NCBI GenBank assembly: GCA_045118075.1
Contig: JBGUOI010000202.1
Span: 7,741-71,740, forward strand
Direction of reading: 5' to 3'
Origin: Porcincola sp.
Lineage (GTDB): Bacteria; Bacillota; Clostridia; Lachnospirales; Lachnospiraceae
DNA length: 64,000 nucleotides
How positions within the stretch are numbered: position 1 is the first letter of the stretch; every line of letters starts with the position of its first letter. Position numbers and translations under genes: made by a program. Below are positions 19,801-31,400 of this stretch, in pieces. A model generated the notes under the pieces. It saw only the letters and a program-made list of their open reading frames with translations. It did no database searches and had not been told where the DNA came from.

Positions 19801-22758
19801 GGGATCGTAGGTAAATCTGCGGGAGGCATAATCCCCACGGACCATGTAAGGCTGCTTGCTCTCATCGTAAAAGTTCTCGGTAAGCAGGCGGTTCTGATCA
19901 TCGTACGTTCTTCTCACGATGGCGGCGCCGGCCTTGACGGATGTGATCCCGCCGTCCGCACCGTAATAGACCTCTCTGGTCAGATTGCCCCGAAGATCAT
20001 ATTCACGGACAAATGTGGCGTATCCCTTCGGGCAGACGGCACGATTGCCTTCCGCGTCATAGTAAGACTCCCGGGTCTGGTGTCCGTCCGCATCCCAGCG
20101 GAATGTGGCTTTCTGGTACCCGTCACGAATCGTGACAGGTTCTTTATTCTCATCATAATAGGCGACCGATGTCCGGTTCCCCATGGAATCGTAGGTCACT
20201 TTCTCCAGGGCATAGCCCTTGAGGATCTTTACCGGCTTTCTGTCCGCATCCAGGAATGCGGTCGCTGTGCGGACACCGTCAGCGTTGAATGACTGGAGCA
20301 GGACAGCATAGTTTTCGCGGTTGGTGATCAGTTTGCCGTCCGCGTCATAATAAGCCTCCTCAAGCACATTGCCGTACTTATCGCATTTGCGGGTAAGTCT
20401 GGCATAATCTTCGGAGGAGGGAACGATCAGCTGCCCATTCTCATCATAGAATGACTTTTCAAGGAGTTCCCCGTTCCGGTCATAGGTCTGGGTAAAGGAT
20501 GCATAACCCTTATGGATCCGGGTCGGCTTCTCATCCACATCCAGATAATCCGTCCTGCTCACCATTCCCGTGAGTTCGTCATAGGTATGGAAAACGGCAT
20601 GATACCCTTCCGGCAGCAGGGTCGGCTCAAGGTCGGATCCGTAATAGCGCTCCCAGATCTTATTATGGTGGTCATCGTAAATATACACCGTTCTTGCCCG
20701 TCCGTTGGATACGACCGGCTCGTCCTGTGCATTGTAATAGGTGACCACGGCCAGATTGCCGGCCAGGTCCCAGTGGGTGACGACCGTCGCATAGCCCTGC
20801 GGCTGGGTCAGCACTTCACCGTCCGCCGAGAAATAGCGCAGACCGGTGCGGAATTTACCATAAGGATAAGAGCGCACTGCAGCGGCATACTGTCCGCCTG
20901 CGGACACAAGATGGCCATCGGCATCGAGCAGCGCTTCCCACAGAGGATACCCGTTCTTGTTATACTCATAGAGGAGAGCCCAATAGCCCAGCTGAGTATT
21001 GCATGGTTTGCCGCTCTCATCATAATAGCGGGCTGATGACTGAATACCGTCGTGAGTGTAATTGAACACGGCATGGTGGGCTCCCGTGGAGATGGCGGTG
21101 TCCGGATTGCCGTCCTTATCGAAATACTTCTCTTCAAACAGCAGTTTCTTATCCGGTCCGCCGTACCTCATGGACCGGGCGTAATAGCCTTCCTTCTTTT
21201 CGCACGGTTCTCCTTCTTTATCATAATAAGATTCATAGACCGGCGGCGCGTCGATCTCATCGGAATCATACTGATACTGAATAGAGGCATACTGGAACTC
21301 ATCGTTTCGGGTGGGTTTCCACTCATGATCATAGTAAGTCGTGGAAATGACCTGACCATTCTCGTTGCGTTCGTTGATATAGCCGGCTATGCCGGCTTTG
21401 ATCTCGATCAGCTCAAGATCCGTACCGAAGTATCTCTCCCGGCGGATCTGGTCGAGCGCGGTCTTTATACGCGGCGTCTCGTGCCATTTAAATTTCGGAG
21501 TATCGGCAAACAGGAACTCAATCCGGCAGAAGCCGTTGTTGCCCATGGTATACTGGCCTACCGTATCGTAATATGTGTACCGGTAATCATAATCCGGACC
21601 GTTGTATTCATATTCCACGACGGAGTAGCCGTTCCGGGTCATGGTCGGCTGGTCGTCTGCTCCGAAGAACCGCTCATAGTGCTTGGTTCTGGACTTACCG
21701 TAGTATTCGAAAGTAATCTTCGCCTGGCCGGATTCGGATTTGATCAGATTCTGGTCCTCGCCCAGATATTTCGTTTCGATCACACGCTGCAGATCATCAT
21801 AGGTATAAACGACACTGGCATATCCTTCATCGGCCTGGATATACTCTCCCTCCGTATCGAAATAATCGGTCCGGGTAAGGTGTCCGTATTCATTGTACTG
21901 GTTGACCTGGCGGTGATAATGATCCGATCCGAGCACCTGCTTTCCGTCGGAGTTATAGATCTCCTCCTCGAGCAGCCGGTATACGCTGTACGCGTCCGCA
22001 CCCTTGCTGGTATCGGGAATCGGGACTTCCACGAATCTGGCGACCTTTTCTGTGGGGATCTCTTCCTTATCATAGTACTGCGCAACATACTCGGATACGA
22101 TGATCGCCCCGCCTTCGGGTCCGTTCAGGAGAGCGCCGTCCTCATCCAGATAGGTCTTCTTTATCGTCAGTTCTTCCTGCCCGTTATATTTATGTTCGTA
22201 AAGAATCTGGGCATATCCGCCTACCGGGCGGGTCAGTTTTCCGTCCGCCCCGAAGTATTCCGTAGACTTAAGCGTAGCGCCTTCCCAGGTGTCTCTCCGG
22301 TAGCTGTAGCTTCCCGGAATATCCGCGCGGTTCCCCTGCGCGTCAAAGCGGTCTTCTGTTACGGGATAGGAATTGCCTTCCTCATCGGTATACCAGGTAT
22401 ACTCCGCCCGGGCATAACCCAGGTCGGTTACCACCAATTCTCCCGACAGGCCGTAAAAAGCTTCGGTCAGCAGATTGTCATACTCATCATAGGTATATTC
22501 AGCGCGGTTAAATCCCCTGGCGTTGACTGCCGGAGCCCCATCGAGAGTGTGTGCTTTCTCGGCGATCAGGTTTCCGTGTTCGTCCCATTCACAGTCAGTT
22601 TCCGTAAATTCAGGCAGCTTCAGAGAATCAAGAATAGAAGCATCGTCGCCCTGATCGAGCAGGATGCTCCTGTTTGATGCTGCCTGCAGTGAAGCTGGCA
22701 TCAGCGCGCATATAAAACTTATTGATAAAACAGCGCAGCCTTTCCAGACTTTTTTCAT
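16858..22758 (-). CDS. giant secreted repeat protein (1966 aa), YD-like 32-33-residue tandem units, function unknown
   Basis: AGGAG RBS, and signal peptide MKKVWKGCAVLSISFICALMPASLQAAS. The rest is tens of units of the form GYA-x5-YD-x2-GN-x3-E-x-Y-x-D-x2-G-x-P. No anchor, enzymatic or toxin domain was recognised. Confidence 0.85.
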   Translation of the reverse strand: MKKVWKGCAVLSISFICALMPASLQAASNRSILLDQGDDASILDSLKLPEFTETDCEWDEHGNLIAEKAHTLDGAPAVNARGFNRAEYTYDEYDNLLTEAFYGLSGELVVTDLGYARAEYTWYTDEEGNSYPVTEDRFDAQGNRADIPGSYSYRRDTWEGATLKSTEYFGADGKLTRPVGGYAQILYEHKYNGQEELTIKKTYLDEDGALLNGPEGGAIIVSEYVAQYYDKEEIPTEKVARFVEVPIPDTSKGADAYSVYRLLEEEIYNSDGKQVLGSDHYHRQVNQYNEYGHLTRTDYFDTEGEYIQADEGYASVVYTYDDLQRVIETKYLGEDQNLIKSESGQAKITFEYYGKSRTKHYERFFGADDQPTMTRNGYSVVEYEYNGPDYDYRYTYYDTVGQYTMGNNGFCRIEFLFADTPKFKWHETPRIKTALDQIRRERYFGTDLELIEIKAGIAGYINERNENGQVISTTYYDHEWKPTRNDEFQYASIQYQYDSDEIDAPPVYESYYDKEGEPCEKKEGYYARSMRYGGPDKKLLFEEKYFDKDGNPDTAISTGAHHAVFNYTHDGIQSSARYYDESGKPCNTQLGYWALLYEYNKNGYPLWEALLDADGHLVSAGGQYAAAVRSYPYGKFRTGLRYFSADGEVLTQPQGYATVVTHWDLAGNLAVVTYYNAQDEPVVSNGRARTVYIYDDHHNKIWERYYGSDLEPTLLPEGYHAVFHTYDELTGMVSRTDYLDVDEKPTRIHKGYASFTQTYDRNGELLEKSFYDENGQLIVPSSEDYARLTRKCDKYGNVLEEAYYDADGKLITNRENYAVLLQSFNADGVRTATAFLDADRKPVKILKGYALEKVTYDSMGNRTSVAYYDENKEPVTIRDGYQKATFRWDADGHQTRESYYDAEGNRAVCPKGYATFVREYDLRGNLTREVYYGADGGITSVKAGAAIVRRTYDDQNRLLTENFYDESKQPYMVRGDYASRRFTYDPYGNILTEEYFDADNNYVVSTAGYAKMVCTYNGTGHLLTKTFFDKNGDMMVTRDGYAKLVQTWNSQGFLTSEGYYDSNGEPAIQDGGYNYVTYARDKHGNCIEEAYYAGEGKAAVLPDGYDLISHEYDGDDNLTRSVYYKGGEIVMTEGGYAAIAYDYDKRGRVSQENYLDTGMKRVINAKGFSAIAYIYDYADRTLQERYLDVDDSLIRLPEGFSVHQREYDQKGHIVMEQYLDEQERISSLTDRIFVTHTSYDARGNILREDYLSAALQPSETALGFSSVVYAYDGDNRRISETYLDKNGLPVTISAGYAGIQYERDNSGLIWRRSYVDGSGDLVISKAGYAAVEYERDENQYVTRLTYYDDKLERTYTSYGYAAMTRQVDKNGDILLETYLDVKDQPILCGAGYAMVRNTFDERRRNIKKEYLDEEGRPIILSKGYAALTSGYDNNDNLIREAFFNREGEQTWCSNGYSIITYSYDERNFCIEEHLLNIDGKPAVNNKTLYSWLTRTVDMDGHVLSVSYFDISGQPVLYNGEYASARYTYDLAGRQTSESYYDRAGQLCVCQRGYAIMKTKYNDLGDVVEESYYDANEQLTDTTMGYAMAAYTYDDLGNQTSEEYYNSRQLGATSAETGYSHSLIVYDEEGRLTDEEYFSEADERINNKKGYSEHHIRYTDSGRIAEEYYRTAAGGPYMSADGYTKRELITEKPQYGAYEMRLEKSVPTEEQGVAYSIADFDKYDRIIRQKYFNEDGSAAVGPEGCSMVEYGYTTTGNISEIHYYDADGNPTEVDGVFGVESEYNGYGNLEQEVWLDAEGNPAMNSEGYASVKYEYELSDQEKEELYYSYYMDTEGQPVEAANGAWGKSILYYPLTLIHEVTYIDQDGNPVSTTDGYAIYEYETNEAGVVTWEGYYDEDHVQTNCKEGYASIERDFDEDGRLVSERYLDRFYNLTNNVDGVAGWNGHYNSSGELVIDNRYDQDRKPVD

Positions 22759-22776
22759 AGTTGCTCCTAAATAAAT

Positions 22777-24237
22777 CTATCTCTTCTTTCGGCGAATATT
22801 CTGTCCGCCCTTTTCCGCCCGCCCGGTCGTTTCCGCCCGCTGGTCGGTTTTCCCGTAATATTTCTTATAATAATATCGTTTCCGGTAATATCCGCCTTCC
22901 TCGAGCTTTTCCCCGTAAAAGACAAAGCCCATGACATTCATTCCGGTCAGTTCGGCTGCATTCAGCGCTTTCTTAAGATCCCGGTGATCGGAGAAGTTCT
23001 GTCTGGTGACAAACAAACATCCGGCAACCTGCGAAGACAGTACCAGCGGATCGGTCACGATATTGACCGGCGGCATATCAAGCAGCACCAGTTCATATTC
23101 TTTCCCCATCTCGTCCAGGATTCGGGTCATGTGTTCCGACCCGAGCAGTTCCGCAGGGTTTGGCGGGAACTTGCCTGAAGGAAGAAGATCCAGCGACTCA
23201 TGGATATTCCTGATCACGGCATCCTGCCAGCGGCAGTCTCCCAGCAAAGCCTCGGACAGGCCGTTCTTAGCCTTCTCATAGTTAAAGATATCCCGCTGGC
23301 AGCCCCTGCGCAGATCCGCATCGACCAGCAGTACTTTTTTCCTGCTCAGCGCACAGGAGATCGCAAGGTTCGCCGCAATGGTGGATTTACCTTCACCCGA
23401 AACAGCGCTGGTAACGACCACCATATTCGACGGTTTATCCACCAGGGTATAGAGCAGATTCATTCGGAGCCTTGCATAGCTCTCCATCTGTTCCATGGGA
23501 CTCTTTTTGGTCAGCACAAAATCGCCTGCATCGGAATCATCCCCTTTGATGCGTCTTATGGAGGAGAGAACCGGAGGCTCATAATTCTCGGTAAGGTCCT
23601 TTTCATCTGTGATCCTGCGGTTAAACAGGAAGATCAGGAAGATCACGCCCAAACCGAGTATCGTACCGGCCATGGCACCGATCACGCCTCTGCGCATCGG
23701 CCTGCGGTTGTCCGCGTGTTCCGGCACGGAGGCATAGTCTATCACTTCAACGCTTCCGGCGCCGACAACGCGGATGATCTCCGCAGGTGCCACGTCAAGC
23801 ACGGTATTGCATATGTCAGCGGAGAGCTGCGGCTCCCCGGTTATGGAGCTGACCCTCACCACACCGGTATCCGCAATGGAATTCATGCCGAGCGATCCGG
23901 AGATAAACGCGGGCTCGATGCCCGGATAATCACGGGACAGCCGTTCAGCCACCACATCCATGACCTTTTTGCTCCGGACGACGATCATGTAAGTATCGAT
24001 CAGTTTAACGGCGGAGTCAAGATCCGTGGTGCTGGCATACTGGTAATTGACCAGATTCGGATTGCCGTTGAAGACATACATTGTCCCGGATGCCGTGTAG
24101 GTATTGGGAAGCCGGAAAGTGGTATGCCAGTAGCGATAGCCGAAGCCAAGGACAGCCAGCGCGATGGGAATCCATATCCATTTGACAATATACTTCACCA
24201 GTTTGGATAAATCAATAATAATTTCATTATCATTCAT
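22777..24237 (-). CDS. fused Wzz-type co-polymerase / BY-kinase (CpsC-CpsD in one polypeptide)
   Basis: 486 aa with two TM segments flanking a Wzz-like loop. It has Walker A SAVSGEGKSTIAANLA, Walker A' VLLVDADLRR, Walker B LVLLDMPPV, and a C-terminal tyrosine cluster GGYYRKRYYYKKYYGK. Confidence 0.85.
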   Translation of the reverse strand: MNDNEIIIDLSKLVKYIVKWIWIPIALAVLGFGYRYWHTTFRLPNTYTASGTMYVFNGNPNLVNYQYASTTDLDSAVKLIDTYMIVVRSKKVMDVVAERLSRDYPGIEPAFISGSLGMNSIADTGVVRVSSITGEPQLSADICNTVLDVAPAEIIRVVGAGSVEVIDYASVPEHADNRRPMRRGVIGAMAGTILGLGVIFLIFLFNRRITDEKDLTENYEPPVLSSIRRIKGDDSDAGDFVLTKKSPMEQMESYARLRMNLLYTLVDKPSNMVVVTSAVSGEGKSTIAANLAISCALSRKKVLLVDADLRRGCQRDIFNYEKAKNGLSEALLGDCRWQDAVIRNIHESLDLLPSGKFPPNPAELLGSEHMTRILDEMGKEYELVLLDMPPVNIVTDPLVLSSQVAGCLFVTRQNFSDHRDLKKALNAAELTGMNVMGFVFYGEKLEEGGYYRKRYYYKKYYGKTDQRAETTGRAEKGGQNIRRKKR

Positions 24238-24261
24238 TGCCGGTTTTTTCCTCTTTTCCGA

Positions 24262-25413
24262 TTACTCGGAGATGACCAGGTGCCTCTGCTTAAGGTTGAC
24301 GTTCAACGCGCCTGACAGGAATTCCTCGATCGTATCGGCATGCTGCGCCAGATTCAGGTCATAGTCCTTGTTCATTCCCTGGATCCTCAGCACCAGCTCG
24401 CTGCCTGCATTCTCAGCGACCACATCGAAGGCTTCCTCGTCCAGTTCGATCAGGGTGACTTCCTTGCTGGTCATTCCATCGACGGATCCTTCCTGCCATC
24501 CCTTTTCGAGGTTTGCCACCGCATATCCGTGGCGGAGGATGGCTCCCTGGACATAGGGACGTCTCGATCCCGAAGAACTGACTTCGATGACCGGTCTTAC
24601 CGCAACGATATTCTTTTCACTGCGGCGGACATCCACGTACATTTTCACATCAATGGTCATCCGGTCGACTGCCCGTCCTTCTTCTACGATCTGACCCAGC
24701 ACAATGCCTTCTCTGGTCAGATCGATCCGGCCGGTTCCCTCGAAGGTGTCGTAGGTAAAGACCCACTTGGTGTCCAGGAAATTGCGAAGTGTTTCGATAT
24801 CTTCCACATCGTTCACGATCGCCCTGAACTTATCCTCCACGCGGACCACCGGCGGATAGGCCACATTCAGCGTTTCCGCCTTCACGGTATTCGGATCCGC
24901 TTCGCGAAGGGCTTCAAACCAGCAGGAAGCATCGACGACACCGGTCTGCGCCAGCCCCTGCGATTTCTGGAATTCTTTCACCGCGCCTTCCGTGCCGGGG
25001 CCGAAAGCTCCGTCCACTCCGCCTTCGAGATACTTCAGGTCATTTAATGCCTGCTGCAGCGTACTGACACGATCTCCGGAAGAACCGGACCTCAGATCCT
25101 CCCATTCAGTCAAAGACGGGAGGGCGTCAAGGTCGAGAGCCGGGATCGACGCCGCTATCTCTTCAAGAGGTACGTATCCTGTCTTCCCGCGTCCGTAGGA
25201 GATCGCAAGATAATTCTCGTTCACAACGCCGAGCGCATCCAGCGAGTCCAGCGACGGATGAAGGGACACCGCGTCCTCATCAAGGTCTTTTAATACCGTC
25301 AGAGAACATTTTTCTTTGCCTGAAAACACCACTTCCTGTGCCAAAACGGCGCCTGACATGCAGCCAGACAGGACCGCGCCTGCCAGAAACAGGCCCAACA
25401 TTCTTTTTCTCAT
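24262..25413 (-). CDS. lipoprotein with a peptidoglycan-binding (PG_binding_1-like) domain
   Basis: 383 aa. Lipobox LSGC at residues 15-18. VSTLQQALNDLKYLEGGVDGAFGPGTEGAVKEFQKSQGLAQTGVVD matches the PGBD helix bundle. The C-terminal ~200 aa are unassigned. Confidence 0.7.
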   Translation of the reverse strand: MRKRMLGLFLAGAVLSGCMSGAVLAQEVVFSGKEKCSLTVLKDLDEDAVSLHPSLDSLDALGVVNENYLAISYGRGKTGYVPLEEIAASIPALDLDALPSLTEWEDLRSGSSGDRVSTLQQALNDLKYLEGGVDGAFGPGTEGAVKEFQKSQGLAQTGVVDASCWFEALREADPNTVKAETLNVAYPPVVRVEDKFRAIVNDVEDIETLRNFLDTKWVFTYDTFEGTGRIDLTREGIVLGQIVEEGRAVDRMTIDVKMYVDVRRSEKNIVAVRPVIEVSSSGSRRPYVQGAILRHGYAVANLEKGWQEGSVDGMTSKEVTLIELDEEAFDVVAENAGSELVLRIQGMNKDYDLNLAQHADTIEEFLSGALNVNLKQRHLVISE

Positions 25414-25415
25414 GA

Positions 25416-28400
25416 CTACTTCTCCTCTACCTTGACTACGTTGCCGTACACATCCTTATATTCTTTGGTTACTTTTCCGTCTTCCGAATAATGATAATCG
25501 ACCCGGACATATTTTTTGGATCCGACCGGAGCCGGTACCCCGCCGGCATTATAATATGCCGTCCCGATATGTTTGCCGGCATCGTTGTAAGTCGTTTCGT
25601 ACCTCGAATAGCCGGATTTCGTCTGCACTTCGTTTCCGTATGCGTCATAATAGGTGATCAGCACGGTGTTTTTGTCCGGATATTCTGTCGTCGTCTGGGC
25701 GTATCCCGATTTGCACGCCGTAAGGTTTCCTTCAGCATCCAGGAATTTCCTTCGGATCTCTTTTCCTTCATCGTTATATTCCATGGCGATTCCGGCATAT
25801 CCCGCATCCACCGTGATCGGGTCATCGTAGAAGCCGTAGTACCTTTCGAGCACGACATTGTCATCGCTGTCGTATTCGCGTTTGACCACGTGGTACCATT
25901 TATCGACGGGCATCACCTGGAAACCTTCCTTAGTATAATAGGCTTCATAGGTCTTGTTGCCCCGTTCGTCATATTCATTGACCACTACCGCGTAGCCGTC
26001 TTCGTTGTCCACCCGCTGGTCATTGAGATCAACAAAGGTGCTTCTGACCGGTTTTCTCTGCTCGTTGTATTCCTTGATGGTCGCCGCATAAGGCTTATCC
26101 TTGCGGTTGATCTGGTTTCCCTGCGTGTCATACCACTTTTCAAAGATCACATTGCCGGCTTCATCAAACTCACTGGTGGTCATGGCATAACCGGCTTCGA
26201 GCATGACCGGTTCACCGTCGGTCCCCAGATATTCCGTTTTTACGACCTTTCCGTCATCGGAAGACTCGCGGCGGATGGAGCTGTATCCCTTCGGAAGGAC
26301 CGCCGCCTGACCGTCCGCATCGAAATAGGAAACCATCACGACCTGCCCTTCGTCGTTGTAGATACGCTGCACAGTAGCATACCCGCCGATATTCATGGGT
26401 TTGCCGGCCGCATCCATGTATGTCTCCCGGGTGACCTTTTCGTCTTCATTGTATTCCTTCTCTGTCCAGGCACATCCCTTCGACTCAAGAATAAGCAGTC
26501 CGCCTGCATTGAATTTCTTCTTGGACGTCTCGTTGCCGGCCGCATCAAAGGTACGCAGCGTCGTTGCCGCGCCGTTCACTTCCACGGGAAGCCTCCGGTC
26601 ATCGTAATAGCGGGTAGCGATCTCATTGCCGGCCGCATCATAGTCATGGTAGGCAAGGGCATACCCTTTGGCTTTATTCACCGCCAGTGCGTCGTACATG
26701 TTCAGGTAAGCTTCCATGACCCGCTTCCCGTTGCTGTAGGCAGCCTTGTAACCGCTGTAGCCTCCCATGTCACGGCGTTCATTCATCCGGTTGAAGTATT
26801 CAGCCTTGATCAAATGATCTTCATCATCATATACGTAAGTGGCCCTCGCATATCCCCGCTCATACGGATAAACAGGATAACCATTTGCGTTATAATAGGC
26901 TTCCTCCGTTTTATTGCCGTTTGCATCATACAGACGAACCACGATCGCGTAGCCTGAAGCGGTCATGCAGTATTCTTCATCCGTCCCCACATAAGCTTCC
27001 CGGATAATGTTTCCGCCCTTATCATAGGTCCGGTTGACTCCGGCATAACCTTTCCGGGTCAGCATCAGTTCCCCGTTTTTATTGTAATAGCGCTCGGTCA
27101 CTTTGTTGCCGAGGTTATCGTAGGTAAAGCCGATCTGGTAGTAGCCGTCTCCCATGGGCGTCGGTTCGCCCAAAGCGTTGAAGTAACTCTCCTTTGCCAG
27201 ATTGCCGTCATGGTCGTATTCACGCTTCACATTGGCATAGCCTCTGGCTGAGATAAGTTCTTCATGCTCGTCAAAGAAAGAGACACTCACGACATTGCCG
27301 GCTTTATCCACTTCGCGCACGACATGGGCGTAACCCTTCTTTGTGTTGACGACTGGCTTGTCCTCATCATCCAGGTACTTCTCATCGAGCTTTGTGTTCT
27401 TATCGAGATAGACCGCGTCATACCCGCTGATTCCGGTTGAAAGAGTGATCCTCCGTCCGTCCGGCCCGAAGTACCGCTCGGAGCTGACCAGTCCCTGGTC
27501 GTCATAGGTGTATTTAACTGCGGCATAACCGGCTGACTTTGACATCACGCTGCTGCCGTCCGTACCCAGATATCTTTCTTCGGTCTTCTGGCGCAGAACG
27601 TTATATTCACGTTCGACCACGGCATAACCGTTCTTTACGGCGACAGGCTCATCGTTCTCATCATAATAGGAAACGCGGATCACATCTCCCATGCCGTCAA
27701 CATCGCGTACCACGCTGGCATAGCCAAGGTCTGCATTCATGACCGGTCTGCCGCTGCGGTCGAGCCACATTTCTTCGAGCTTCGTACCGTTATTATGGTA
27801 GACGCAGCGGTAACCGCTCACGCCGCTGGGCAGGACGATCGGTCTGCCGTCCATCCAGAAATACCGCTCACCGCTTACGCGGCCTTTCTTATCGTACTCA
27901 TACTTGACCTTGGCATAACCCAGGCCGGCAACCACCATGCCCTGTCCTTCCTCATCAAGATAGCTCTCGGAGGTTTTCTGGTGGCGGCTGTTGTATTTCA
28001 TGTTGACTACCGAGTAGCCTTCGTTCACCATCACCGGCTGGTAATTCTCATCGAAGTAGGAGACGCGGATAACATTGCCCAGTCCGTCGACCTGGCGGAC
28101 GATGTGGGCATATCCCGCTTCCCTGTTCATCACCGGCTGGTCATCTTCGTCCAGCCACATCTCGTCAAGTTTGATCTTCTCGTTCAGGTTGAGGCACTTG
28201 TAACCGCTCACTCCGTTCTCAAGGACGATCCTTCCGCCGCCCGTGCTGAAATAGCGCTCGCAGCAGACCATTCCCTGAACATCATATTCGTATGTGATCG
28301 ATGCGTAACCGCCGGAACGCAGAAGTACCGGCATGCCGTAGCCATCGAAATAACTTTCACGGGTCTTGCGTCCTGCTGCATCGTACTCTCTTGTCAGCAT

Positions 28401-31400
28401 CGCGTAACCTTCACGCTGAGCCTCCAGCCTGTCATTCTCATCGTAGAACGTGACCTTCACGATATTTCCGTGCTGGTCGGTCTCACGTTCGACCCTGGCA
28501 TAGCCTTTTTCAATATTGAACGCAGGATTTCCGTCCTCGTCCAGCCACTGTTCTTTCAGCCGGTTCTTCTCATCCAGATTTACGATATCGCATCCGGCCA
28601 CACCGGAGGCAAGCGTAATGGGCCTTCCGTTCGTTCCGAAATAGCGCTCGCTTGAGACAAGGCCCTGCCTGTCATACGTATATTCCACGCTGGCATAGCC
28701 GGCACCGGGCTTGAGGATCGCCTGGCCGGTACGGCCGAAGTAGCTCTCCTTTGTCATCTGCTGCACGTCATTGAACTCACGTTCCACGGAAGCAAAGCCT
28801 TCCTTGACCGTGATCGGATGATCCTGCTGGTCAAAGAATGAGATGCGCGTGATGTTCCCCTCCGCATCCGCCTCACGCTTTACATGAGCGTAGCCGACGT
28901 CCTTGTTGATCACGGGCTGATCCTTCACGCCTATGAACTGCTGTTCAAGCTTGACCGATTTGTTCAGGTTGACACAGGTAAAGCCGCTGATATCGTTGCC
29001 CAGCGCGATCCGCCTGCCGTCATCGCCGTAATAGCGTTCCGCACTGACCAGTCCCATCTCGTCATATTCGTAGGAGATCGCCGCATACCCTTTGGACGGC
29101 AGCTTGATCAGTTCATTGTCCTCGTCGTAATAGCTTTCTTTGATCTTTTTGCCGTTTTCGTCATATTCCCTGGCGACAGCGGCATATCCGTCACTCAGGC
29201 GGATGGGATCGTCAAACTCGTCAAAGTAGGCCACGTGGTAGACCAGTCCCGATTCATCCGCATCGCGGATGATATGAGCACAGCCTTTCTTGAGGTTGAT
29301 GATCGGCTCGTCATTTTCGTCGATCCACATTTCCTCGAGCTTGACGTTGTCGTTAAGGTAGTTCACGCGGTATCCGCTTGAACCGTCAGAGAGTGTGATC
29401 CGCTTTCCGTTAATGCCGAAATAGCGCTCGCAGCACACATATCCGCGCTCATCATATTCGAAAGTTACGGCCGCATAGCCTCCTGACGGCAGAAGAATTG
29501 CCTTGCCGTTTTCGCCGAAGTAGCTTTCGCGTACTACCTGCCTCTCATCATTGTATTTCCGAACGATGGTCGCATAACCTTCGTCAATGGTGACAGGCTT
29601 ATCCGATGCATCGTAATAGGACTCTCTTAAGATATTTCCGTTTTCGTCGAGCTCCCTCTGGACCCTGGCATATCCCAGCTTCAGGTTCATGGCCGGCGTC
29701 TCGTCAACATCGAGCCACAGTTCTTCGAGTTTAGTGGTCTTGTTGTGGTTGACGGCTTTGTAGCCGCTCACACCGTTGCTTAAGCGCGTGCGGCTGCCGT
29801 CCGGGCCGAAATAGCGCTCTGCGCTGACCAGACCCTGGTCATCATACTCGTAAGTAACGGCAGCGTAGCCGGCACTGGGCAGGATCGTCAGGTTTCCGTC
29901 CACGTCGAAGTAGCTCTCCATGATGACTTTTCCGTTTTCATTATAGTCTCTGGAGACAAACGCATAACCCTGCTCGACCTCGATCGGGTCAAGGTTCTCG
30001 TCGTAGTAAGCCACATAATAGATCAGGCCGTCCTCATCAACATCGCGGACCACATAAGCGAAACCGGTCCTTGAGTTCATCACGGGCTGGTCGTTCTCGT
30101 CCACGAACATCTCTTCGAGCTTGATCTTCTCATTCAGGTTGATGGTGCTGTAACCGCTGATCCCGTTCGAGAGCGTGATCCGGTTTCCGTCTTTTCCGTA
30201 GTAACGCTCGAAGTTCACCAGCCCCATCGAGTCGTATTCATAAGTGATGGATGAGTAGCCGGCTCCCGGCAGGATGGAGGGATCTCCGAACTTGTCGAAA
30301 TAGCTCTCCCTTGTGACCTGTCCCCACTCATCGTATTCCCACGCGATCGAAGCATATCCGTCCGTGGAGACTGCCGGATTTCCGTCCGTCCCCAGATAAG
30401 TCTCACGGGTCTCGTTGCCGTCATCGTCATACTCAAATACGATACCGGCATAACCGGCACCGGGAAGGATCCTCGGTTCCCCGTTCTGGTTAAAATAGCT
30501 TTCCTTCACGATGCGGCGTTCGTCATCATATTCACGCCTGACCGTGGCATAGCCGCCTACCTGGATGATCTCTCCGTTCTCTCCGTAGTAGGTCTCGGCT
30601 GTAATGTTTCCGTCATCGTCGTACTCATAGCCGATGCCCGCATAGCCGGATCCGGGCAGACGGACAGGATTGCCGTCTCCGCCAAGATAGCTTTCTTTGA
30701 TCTTCCGGCTCTCGTCGTCATACTCCCTGAGTACCACGGCGTAGCCTTTTTTCTGAACGGCCAGGTCCCCGTTCTCATCGTAGAATGACACGCTTGTGAT
30801 ATTGCCTTTATCATCCTTTTCACGCTTAACGCGCGCAAAACCTGCTTCCTCATTGAACACGGGCTCATCGTTGACCCCGATCCATATCTGTTCGAGTTTT
30901 AATGACTTGTTCAGGTTAACGGCGGTGTATCCGCTCGTGCCGTTCTCAACAAGGGTCCTTTCCCCGTCCTCTCCGTAATAACGTTCGGCACTGACAAGTC
31001 CGTCCTCGTCATATTCATATTCAACAGTCGCATAACCGGTCGAAGGAATCGCGACAAGGTTTCCTTCCTCATCGAGATATCTTTCCAGCGTCTTATGCTG
31101 ATGATCGTCGTATTCCCGCTCCACCGCGGCGTAACCCGACTTCTGGGTGAGCGGCTTATCGTTTTCATCGTAGAATGAAACCCGGACGATATTCCCGGAT
31201 CCATCCTTTTCCCTCACAACATGCGCAAAGCCGGCATCTTCATTCAAGGCCGGCTCATCATTTTCGTCAAGCCAAAGCAGCTCAAGCTTTGTATCCTCGG
31301 ACAGGTTGACCGCGTCATACCCGCTGACCCCGTTTTCGAGCGCCATGCGCTCCCCGTCCGGACCAAAATAACGCTCTTTACAGACTAGTCCCTGGTCGTC

